Below are positions 48,702 through 59,763 of a stretch of 64,000 nucleotides of DNA, in pieces. The DNA comes from Azolla caroliniana (lineage: Eukaryota > Plantae > Polypodiophyta). The stretch is from the NCBI GenBank assembly GCA_043228905.1, contig JBHGNT010000004.1, positions 16,616,001-16,680,000 on the forward strand, given 5' to 3'. The notes below the pieces were generated by a model. It made no database searches. It saw only the letters and a program-made list of their open reading frames with translations, and was not told the DNA's origin. Positions within the stretch are counted from its first letter, which is position 1, and each line of letters opens with the position of its first letter. The position numbers were made by a program, and so were the translations under genes.

Positions 48702-51700
48702 TGTTGAGAACAGTGCCAAATATAGCTCAGCCACATCCGAGTCTTGAATCACTTCAAAAGAGAATGAAACATAGAAATGGGAAATGGAGAGTACACAAGG
48801 AAATGCACATGATCTTTACGTGGAAAACCCTAATAGGTAAAAACCACGGGAGCCCACAGACTCCAAACTATCTCAATATGAGAAGGGTACAATTAGAGCC
48901 TCAGAGGCAACGACCTCGAGCTCTGTATCTTCACCAACCAGTGGTTACAACAGAGTATCACTCTGTATCTCACACACTCTCTCTCTATCGTTTACTGTAC
49001 AATAATTACAACAGTATGACAACAACTCCCTCGCTCTCTTAAAGTGATTGCCCTAAGTCATATTTATACGTATATGAACTTAGGCCTATTTACAAATATA
49101 GCCTCAATAGGCTTACTCAAAACATATTTACAAATATGTCTTCTCTTCCGGTTCTCATCGGGCCCATCCGATACGGTTTCCGGATCTCTTCCGGTTCTCA
49201 CCGGGACCATCGGATTCGGCTTCCAGATCTCTTCATTCATAACTGGATCCCATCCGAAGGGACCAATTTCCCAACAAACTCCCCCTTCACTCCAGCATGG
49301 GATGTCTTATCAGCCCGATCCTTTTTCAACACGCGTCTAGCTTGTCGGTTGTCAGCACCTTGATCAGCATATCCAACCCGTTCTCCTCCGTGTGGATCTT
49401 CGTCAGCACGAACTCTTGATCTTCTACTCTCTCTCGGATCTAGTTGTACCTCCGTTGGATATGTTTCGTCCGGGAATGGTAGGCAACATTCTTTGCAAGG
49501 TGGATGACACTTTGACTGTCGTAGTAGAGCCGGTATTCCTCCTGTTGGATCCCTAGCTCTCCGATAAAGTGCTTGATCTAGATTATCTCCTTGCCGGTTT
49601 CTACAGCTGCCACGTACTCCGCCTCCGTGGTTGACAACGCAACCGTCTTCTGCAGCCTCGACTACCACGAAACAGCTCCCCCTACATAAGTCATGACATA
49701 TCCAGATGTAGACCGGCTGGTATCCGCATCAGTTGACATATCCGAATCCGTGAATACGTCAAGTTGGGGATTACCGAAGCCGAACCGGAGGCACATACTC
49801 GTAGTGCCTTTCAAATATCGGAGTATCCACTTGACCGCGTTCTAGTGCTCTCCTCCGGGATTGCTCATGAACCGGCTTACCACTTCGACTGCATATCTGA
49901 TATCCGGTTGGGTACATACCATCGCGTGCATCAAGCTTCTGACGGCAGAGGCATATGGTATCTTCATCATATCTGTCTTCTCCGCCTTTGTCCTCAGACT
50001 TTGTTTTCCGGATAGCTTACAGTTTGTCGGAAGTGTCCACCTGACCGGTTTCGCCTTCGACATGTTGAACCATTGAAGAACCTTTGTCACGTAGTTCTCC
50101 TGTGACAACCACAATAGCTTCTTCGACCGGTCCCGGATGATGTGCATTCCCAATATCTGTCTTTCCGGACCCAAGTCTTTCATTGACAAGGTCCTGTTCA
50201 GAGCCTTCTTCAGTATCCGAATCTTGCCTTGGTCTCGTCCGACGATTAGCATATCATCCACATATAGGAGGAGTATTAGGAAATCTCTTCCGTCAAATTT
50301 CTTTACAAACACAGAGTGATTGACATGCGTCTTGTGGTACCCTTGGTCGATCATGAAGGAGTCGACCTTCCGGTACCATTGTTGGGGAGCTTGCTTTAGT
50401 CAGTATAAGCCCTTCTTCAATCGGCACACCAGGTGCTCCTTCCCTTTCTTCTCAAATCCTTCCGGTTTATGCATGTAGATCTCCTCTTCGAGGTCACCAT
50501 GGAGGAATGTCGTCTTCACGTCCATTTGTTCTACCTCGATGTCCATGCTTGCCACTATGCCCAATATCTTCCGGATGGATGTCATCTTTACTACCAGGGC
50601 GAAGATCTCATCGAAGTCCACTCTTTTCTTCTGGTGGAAGCTCTTCACCATGATTCGGGCCTTATACCTTGGTGGATTTCCGGCATCTCCCGGTTTCAAC
50701 TTGTACACCCACTTGTTTTGGAGTGCTCTCTTCCCTTTAAGTAACTCCGTTAGTTCATATGTGTGGTTCTCATGCAAGGAATCCATCTCATCCTACATGG
50801 CACTCAACCACTTGCGGTTGTGGGTGTCTCTCTTTTCTTCTTCGAAGCTTTCCGGCTCCCCCTCATCGGTTAGCAACACATGCTCTACATCCAAAAATCT
50901 CTCGGGGGCTCTTCTCTCTCAGAGAGGATATATCCGTCCTTCGTTTCTGACTGTTGGTTCCTCCGTTTGCTCCTCATCTGAATCCAATTCGGGATCTTGT
51001 CCGATTCCGGTGTCTTCTTCACCTTCTTCTTCAGTCGGTATGGTTTCTTGTCCGTATCTGGCCAGTTCGTCGAGTGTCATCCACTTACCGGCTACCGTCC
51101 GGTTTTCAGCCGGGTAAGTCCTTGTGTCCTCAAGTCGGTTTTCATTGAATGATCCGGAGTTCATCATCATCTTCTCCGACTCCCAGTCAGCAATGGTCCT
51201 GTCTTCCATGAAGACTATTTCCCGACTCCGGAACACCTTCTTGTCGATTAAATCCCACACCCGGTAACCGAACTCATCATCGCCTATCCAAGGAATATGG
51301 CTTGGACTTCGGATCCAGCTTTGCTCTCTTGTCCTTTGCAACATGCACATATGCGAGACACCCGAACACCTTCAGATGCCGGTAAGATACATCTTTACCA
51401 GTCCATACATCCTGAGCTGAGTCTCCTTCCAAGGGTCCTGAGAGTGATCTGTTTATCACATAGGTCACAATCATCAGCGCCTTAGCCCAAAACATCTTGG
51501 GTAACTTTGCATGTGCTAGCATGCTCCGGACTCTCTCCATTATGGTCTGGTTCATCCTTTCGGCCAACCCGTTCAATTCTAACATCTTCGGCACGATAAA
51601 TTCGAGTCGTATTCCCTTCGACCAGCAGTACTCCGCGAACAGCCCCTGGTATTCTCCTCCGTTATCTGCTCTAACCGCCTTTAGCTTCTGGCCAGTTTCT

Positions 51701-53691
51701 CTTTCCACTCTTGCGTTGAGTTCCTTGAAGAAGAATAGCACTTGATCCTTCGTCTTCAATGGTGAGAGCCACAGCTTCCAGCTGTAGTCATCTATGAACG
51801 TCACAAAGTACTGCAATCCGGCATGTGACTTCGTGTCCACTTGACACACATCGGTATGCACTAGCTCCAGTGGTCCATTCTGTCTCATCGGTGATCTTGA
51901 CCGAAAGGTGGTTCGGTTTTGCTTGCCGGCAACACAATCAGTGCACTTCTGAAGTTGCACGTCCTTCACTGGAATGAGATTGTCTTCGGCAAGTTTCTTC
52001 ATCCCCTTCTCACTCATGTGACACAATCTTTTGTGCTATAGCTCACCGGTAGTGTCAGATTCTACGTTCACTTCTTCCCGGCATATCCGGGCATGCATCA
52101 GGTATAGTGTGTTGACCTTCCAGGCTCGAGCCACTATTAGGGTCCCTTTGCTGAACTTCATAACTTTGTTCCGGATGCTACCTGTGTAGCCTTAATCATC
52201 TAACCAACCAGTTGATATCAGGTTCAGTCGAACCTCCAGAACGTGTCAGAAATCCTTCAATAGCAACTTGCATCGCTATCGCCGACATTCCTTTCTGATC
52301 TCGGCCTCTCCGGTCCGAACCATTTCGGTTGGAAATCTTCTTTGAATCGGTGGTGCCAATCTCCTTCTCTTTTTGGAAATGCCGACAGTTCTTCTAGAAG
52401 TGTCCCAGCTTCCCACAATAGAAGCATGTGGGCCTCCCCCTTGACTTTGACCTCATCCCTGATTAGTCCCGGTTTTGGGGACTCCGATACCGGCCTTTTC
52501 CGTGGTTGTGGTCATCTTCCAGGACCAAGGCCCTCGGATCGGTTCCAAACTCTGGGTCCTTCCGGCGAGCTTCTTCATCTAGCAAGCTTGATTTTACTCT
52601 TGCTAGGGGCAACTGCTTTCCTTCCGGCGTGGCGTTGCCCAACGTGACAACTAGCGTCTCCCAACTATCTAGGAGGGATCCGAGCAGGAGGAATGCGAGT
52701 ACCTCATTGGCAAGAGGTACTTCCAACGAGGTTGCCTGGTGGATTAGTCCCTGGAAGGCATTGATGTGCTCCGCCATATTGCAGTCATCTTGGTACCAGA
52801 GCCTCACTAGCTTCCGGAGTACCGAAACCTGATTAATAGCATTCTTCTTCTAGAACACGATGCCGATCTTCTCCTAGAGTGCATGAGCCAAGCTCTCTTC
52901 ATTGAAGTTGTTGTACAGGCTCATGTCGATGAAACACCAGATGTATGTCGTCGTCTTCATGTACATCACCTTCCACTCTATGGTGTCGATCTTATCTGGT
53001 CTCTTGTCCCCGAATTGGATCAGCACCCAAAGATCTTTAACCACCAGCATATCCCTCATCTTCTACTTCCACACTGAGTAGTTGGAGCCGGTGAGATTAA
53101 ACATGCCGTCGAACGATTCTTCCATTTCCTGTGTTGTTCGCTCTGATACCATTTTGTTGAGAACAATGTGGAATATAGCTCGGTCACAACCAAATCTTGA
53201 ATCACTTCAAAAGAGAATGAAACACAAAAATGGGAAATGGAGTGTACACAAGGAAATACACAGGATGTTTACATGGAAAACCCTAATAGGGAAAAACCAT
53301 GGGAGCCCAAAGACTCCAAACTATCTCAATATGAGAAAGGTACTATCAGAGCCTCGGAGGCAATAACCTCGATCTCTGTATCTTCACCAACCGGCGGTTA
53401 CAACAGAGTATCACTCTGTATCTCACACACACTCTCTCTCTGTCGCTTACTGTACAACAGTTACAACAATATGACAACAACAACTCTCTCGCTCTCTTAA
53501 AGTGATTGCCCTAATTCATATTTATACTTATATGAACTTAGGGCTATTTACAAATATAGCCTCAATAGGCTTACTCAAAAAATATTTACAAATATGTCTT
53601 CTCTTCTGGTTCTCACCAGGTCCATCCAATCCGGCTTCCGGATCTCTTCATTCATAACCGGATCCCATCCGGAGGGACCGGTTTCCCAACA
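48702..53691 (-). mobile_element. Copia family A element, degenerate; LTRs 53691-53155 and 49276-48702
   Basis: Perfect TSD TATAA; PBS TGGTATCAGAGC at 53151-53140; gag, integrase, RT and RNase H fragments; PPT GAAGGGGGAG. Confidence 0.94.
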
Positions 53692-54450
53692 TATAAGGAG
53701 GTGTTCTAGTCATTGATGAACCATTCTTGCTCAAGGTTATTCTTCGATGTATTATTGTTCTTCTTGTTAGTAAACTCATAGTTTTCTCTTATTTCCCTCT
53801 TCTTTTCTTCTTTCCTTCTTCAATTCAATCGTGTTCCTTGCTAGAACATTGATAGTTTGAAATGTAACCACCCTTCTTCATTTATTTTTTGTTGGGAAAT
53901 TGGTCCCTCCGGATGGGATCCGATGATAAATGAAGAGGACCAGGTGAGAACCAAAAGGGATCCGGAAACCGGAGGAGACCTGGTGAGAACCATAAGAGAA
54001 GAAATATCTATAAATATGTTTTGAGTAAGCCTATGGAGGCTACATTTGTAAATCGCCCTAAGTTCATATAAGTATAAATATGACTTAGGGCAATCATTTT
54101 GTGTAACGAGAGCGTGAGACAGTTGTTGTTGTCATATTGGTGTACAGAGAGAGTGATAGAGAGAGATTGTGTGAGATACAGAGAAATACTCTGTTGTAAT
54201 CGACGGTTGCCGAGATATAGAGCTCAAGGTCGTTGCCTCCTAGGCTCTGTTTGTACCCTTCTCCTATAGTGATAGTTGGAGTCTGTGGGCTCTCGTGGTT
54301 TTTTCCCTAATAGGGTTTTCCACGTAAACATCTTGTGTACTCTCCATTTCCCATTTCTGTGTTTCATTCTCAATGAAGTGTTCAAGACTCGGTTGTGGCC
54401 GAGCAATATTTTGAGCCATTCTCTTCAATCTGGTATCAGAGCGAACAACA

Positions 54451-57400
54451 TGTTGGGATTACGGTCCCTTTCGGATGGGATGGTCGGATATCGGAGATGA
54501 ATGCCGACAAGCCCGGTTTCGGTTTCGGATCCGGATGACGAAGACCCCGGTTTCGGTGCCGGATGACGAATGTCCCCGGAGAGCGATCCGGATGCAGGGA
54601 CATATCCGTGAATATGTTCGCTATGGGCCCCTGAGGCTATAGTTGTAAATAGCCCAAAGTCATATAAGTATAAATATGACTTAGGGCAAACAGTTTTACT
54701 GTTGCTTCTCATTTTTCTGTTTTTCCACTTTAGAGGAGTGAAGAGGGAGCAGCCGTGAGAGAGATAGAGCGTGAGAGAGGAAGAGGTCGACGCCTCTGTG
54801 TAATACCGCCGCCTGTGGCGAAGAAAGCGAGCTCAAGGTCGTTGCCTTGCAGCTCGCCATTGTATATTTCTCTGTGCATAGTTTGGTTTGGAGTCTCGCA
54901 CTCCCGTGGTTTTTCCCGTATAGGGTTTTCCACGTTAATCCCTGTGTATCGTGTCTTTCTCTGTATTTCCTATTTTCTGCTCCATTGATTCGCGATTTCT
55001 CGGTTGTGGCCGAGTGGTGAAGGTGAATCGAAGCGTTGATTCCCAACAAACTGGTATCAGAGCGAGTTGCTGCAGAAAATGGAAGGCGGCGGCAGCGGGC
55101 AGCCGGGGATGATGGTGCTGAATGCGCAGAATTACGCCGACTGGAAGATCAAGATGGAGGATCTTCTGATTGTTCGGGACCTGTACGAACCGATTGACAG
55201 GCCGGAAATACCGAAGGGTGTACTTGAGTCGGAGTGGAAGCTCCTGAACCGGAAAGCCGTAGCGACGATCCGACAATATGTCGATGTAAGCGTCCTACAA
55301 CATGTGGCGATCGACACCAACGCATATGAGATGTGGAAGAAGCTGTCGGGCCTCTACGAGAGGAAGAATGCGTTGAACCGGACCTCCCTGATGAGGAAGA
55401 TAGTGAATCTCAAGTACCGGGACGGCGAGAGTATGGTGGAACACGTAAGCACGTTCATGGGATTCGTGAATCAGCTTGCGGCGATCAAGTTCCCGTTGGA
55501 GGATGCAATGCAAGCCATCATCCTGATGTGTACATTGCCGGAAAGCTGGGAGAACTTGGTGGTGACTCTCAGCACCTCCTGCACAGAAGATAACTTGTCC
55601 TTACAAACGGTAAAGACAAGTATTTTGAACGAAGAAGCGCGTCGGAGAGATAAAGAACCGGCCTCCGACTCGAAGGCGCTGCTTACCGAATCGGATCGGG
55701 GAAGACAATGGAACCGGAGTCCGCAAAGACGAGAGAAGTCGGGGACCCGGTCGCAGTCAAGAGGAAGGCCCACATGCTTCCACTGTGGGAAGCCGGGGCA
55801 CTTCCGAAAGAATTGTCGGCATTACCGAAAAGACAACGGAGCCGACGACACCGATTCGAAGAAGTCACCGGAGAGAAACGGTGCATACCGGGGAGCCACG
55901 GACCGGAGAGGTTCGGATCGGCGAGGGCAGGACCGGAAAGGAACAACGGCACTCGCGGCAAGTGAGGAAGAAATCATGCTCATCACCGAAGAAAGTGAAG
56001 TAAACATTGCCGGCGATGAGACGACCTGGGTGGTCGATTCTGGAGCATCGTTCCACCTGACCCCGGAGAGAAGATACTTCTCATCCTACACAGCCGGTGA
56101 GCATGGCTGTGTTCGGATGGGAAATGAAGGTACGTGCCGGATTGCCGGCATCGGAGACGTGTGGTTGACAACCCCGACCGGATGCAAAATGCTGCTGAAG
56201 GATGTTCGACACGTTCCGGAGGTTCGATTGAACCTGATTTCGGCCGGGAGGCTAGACGATGAAGGCTACACAGGTAGCATCCGGAACGGCGTAATGAAGT
56301 TCAGCAAGGGGAGCCTGATAGTGGCTCGGGCTCGGAAAGTCAACACACTGTACCTGATGAATGCCCGGTTATGTCCGGAAGAGCTGAACGTGGCAGCCGA
56401 CACTGCCGGTGAGCTGTGGCACAAAAGACTGTGCCACATGAGTGAGAAGGGGATGAAGAGGCTTGCAGAAGACAACCTCATCCCAGTGAAGCATGTGCAC
56501 CTGGAGAAGTGCACCAATTGCCTGGCCGGTAAGCAGAACCGAACCTCCTTCCACTCAAGGCCACCGACGAGACGTAGCGCACCATTGGAGTTGGTGCACA
56601 CTGATGTGTGTCAGGTAGAAACGAAGTCACATGGCGGAGCCCAGTACTTCGTAACATTCATTGATGATCACAGCCGGAAGCTGTGGACGGCACCGTTGAA
56701 GACAAAGGACCAAGTGTTGTGCGTCTTCAAAGAACTCCACACGAGAGTGGAAAGGGAATCCGGCAAGAAGCTGAAAGCGATACGAGCGGATAATGGAGGG
56801 GAATACCGGGGGCAGTTCCAGGAGTACTGTCGCTCGAAGGGAATCCGACTCGAGTTTACTGTGCCGAAGACGCCGGAACTGAACGGGCTGGCCGAGAGGA
56901 CGAACCGGACCATAATGGAGAGGGTCCGGAGTATGCTGGCACATGCGGAATTACCCAAGGGGTTTTGGGCTGAGGCGATGTCAACGGCGACATACGTGAT
57001 AAACAGATCACCCTCAGTACCTTTGGACGGAGACACGCCGCAGAGAGTGTGGACCGGTAGGGAAGTATCCTACCGGCATCTGAAGGTGTTCGGGTGTCTC
57101 GCATACGTGCATGTGGCAAAGGACCGGAGAGGAAAGCTAGATCCAAAGACCCGGCCATGCATATTCCTCGGTTACGGCGACGACGAGTTCGGCTACCGAG
57201 TATGGGACCCGGTCGACAAGAAGATATTCAGGAGTCGAGACATCATCTTCATGGAGGACAAGACACTCGCCGACTGGGAGTCGGAGAAGAAGATGAAGAG
57301 CTCCAAGTCGACCGGTGAGGATCAACTCTACGAGGAGCAGTCCCGACCGGCAAGGGACCGGTTAGCACTCGAGGATCCGGCCGAAGACGGTGAAGAAACA

Positions 57401-59763
57401 GAACCAGCCGAAGAAGATGAAAATGATACCGGAACCGGCCCCGATCCCGAAATGGATTCGGATGAAGAAGAAGAATCGGAAGAACCGGTTACCGAAGCTC
57501 CCGAACGGAGATATCCTCTAAGAGAGAGAAGGGCCCCCCGGAGATTTCCGGAACCAGAGCACGTGCTGCTAACCGACGAGGGGGAGCCGGAGAGCTTTGA
57601 AGAAGCAAAGCACGACACCCAGAGCCGCAGGTGGTTGAGTGCCATGCAAGACGAGATGGATTCCCTGCATGAGAACCACACATATGAACTTGTGGAGTTG
57701 CCGAAAGGAAAGCGGGCACTTCGAAACAAGTGGGTGTTCAAGCTGAAACCGGGAGATGCCGGAAACCCCCCGAGATACAAAGCCAGGATCGTGGTGAAGA
57801 GGTTTCAGCAGAAGAAGGGCGTCGACTTCGACGAGATATTTGCCCCGGTAGTGAAGATGACCTCCATCCGGACGGTGCTGAGCATAGCGGCAAGCATGGA
57901 CCTCGAGGTAGAACAGATGGACGTGAAGACGGCATTCCTTCACGGTGACCTCGATGAAGAGATCTACATGCAGCAACCGGAAGGATTCGAGAAGAAAGGG
58001 AAGGAGCACCTGGTATGCCGGCTGAAGAAGAGCCTTTACGGACTGAAGCAGGCTCCCCGGCAATGGTACCGGAAGTTCGACTCCTTCATGACCGACGAAG
58101 GGTACCTCAAAACGCAGTCCGACCACTGCGTGTTTGTGAAGAAATTCGAAGGAGGAGACTTTCTAATACTCCTCCTGTACGTGGACAACATGTTGATCGT
58201 CGGACGGAACCAGGTCAAGATACGGATGCTGAAGAAGGCTCTTCACCGAACCTTCTCAATGAAGGACCTGGGTCCGGCGAGGCAAATACTAGGGATGCAC
58301 ATCATCCGGGACCGGAAGAAGAAGCAGTTGTGGCTGTCACAGGAGAAGTACGTGACGAAGGTGCTTCACCGGTTCAACATGTCGGAAGCAAGACCGGTCT
58401 GATCGACCCTCCCGACAAACTGCAAGCTGTTCAGCAAGCAAAGTCCCAAGACAAAGGCTGAAAAGGAGGATATGATGAAAGTGTCGTATGCCTCAGCCGT
58501 CGGGAGCTTGATGTACGCCATGGTGTGTACGAGACCGGACATCGGATATGCAGTCGGAGTGGTGAGCCGGTACATGAGCAATCCCGGCAAAGAGCATTGG
58601 AACGCGGCCAAGTGGATACTCCGATACCTGAAGGGCACGGCAAACGTGTGCCTCCGATTCGGCTCCGGAAAGCCCGAACTCGACGGCTTTACCGATTCGG
58701 ATATGTCGGCTGATGCAGATACCAGCCGGTCCACATCAGGGTATGTGATGACGTATGCAGGGGGAGCTGTTTCGTGGCAGTTGAGGCTGCAGAAGACGGT
58801 TGCGTTGTCAACCACGGAGGCGGAGTACATGGCGGCTGTTGAAGCCGGCAAGGAAATAATATGGATGAAGGACTTCATTAGAGAGCTCGGTATCCGGCAG
58901 GAGGAGTACCGACTCTACTGCGACAGTCAGAGTGCAATCCACCTTGCAAAGAACGCGGCCTATCACTCCCGGACGAAGCACATCCAGCGAAGATATCACT
59001 GGATCCGGGAAAGGATAGAAGACAAGGAGTTCGTGCTGACGAAGATCCACACGGACGAGAACGGGTCGGATATGTTGACCAAGGTGCTCACACCCGACAA
59101 GCTGGAAGCATGCCGGAAGAGGATCGGATTGGAGAGACATCCCATGCCGAAGTGAAGGGGGAGTTTGTTGGGATTACGGTCCCTTTCGGATGGGATGGTC
59201 GGATATCGGAGATGAATGCCGACAAGCCCGGTTTCGGTTTCGGATCCGGATGACGAAGACCCCGGTTTCGGTGCCGGATGACGAATGTCCCCGGAGAGCG
59301 ATCCGGATGCAGGGACATATCCGTGAATATGTTCGCTATGGGCCCCTGAGGCTATAGTTGTAAATAGCCCAAAGTCATATAAGTATAAATATGACTTAGG
59401 GCAAACAGTTTTACTGTTGCTTCTCATTTTTCTGTTTTTCCACTTTAGAGGAGTGAAGAGGGAGCAGCCGTGAGAGAGATAGAGCGTGAGAGAGGAAGAG
59501 GTCGACGCCTCTGTGTAATACCGCCGCCTGTGGCGAAGAAAGCGAGCTCAAGGTCGTTGCCTTGCAGCTCGCCATTGTATATTTCTCTGTGCATAGTTTG
59601 GTTTGGAGTCTCGCACTCCCGTGGTTTTTCCCGTATAGGGTTTTCCACGTTAATCCCTGTGTATCGTGTCTTTCTCTGTATTTCCTATTTTCTGCTCCAT
59701 TGATTCGCGATTTCTCGGTTGTGGCCGAGTGGTGAAGGTGAATCGAAGCGTTGATTCCCAACA
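54451..59763 (+). mobile_element. Very young full-length Ty1/Copia element (Tnt1/Tork-like); identical 598-bp LTRs 54451-55048 and 59166-59763
   Basis: Perfect TSD CAACA; no LTR difference found by eye; PBS 55052-55063; PPT GAAGGGGGAG. Confidence 0.97.
55079..59155 (+). pseudogene. Copia Gag-Pol polyprotein (Gag, Zn knuckle, protease, integrase, RT, RNase H) with one in-frame stop at 58400-58402
   Basis: CFHCGKPGHFRKNC, WVVDSGASFH, HTDVC...DNGGEY...NGLAER, QMDVKTAFLHG, YVDN (normally YVDD), YCDSQSAIHLAKN; ORFs 55067-58402 and 58472-59155 share one frame. Confidence 0.93.

Noticed and set aside
58400-58402. Programmed stop-codon readthrough
   Set aside because: The stop lies inside RT where sister copies have Gly or Ala codons; a point mutation is simpler
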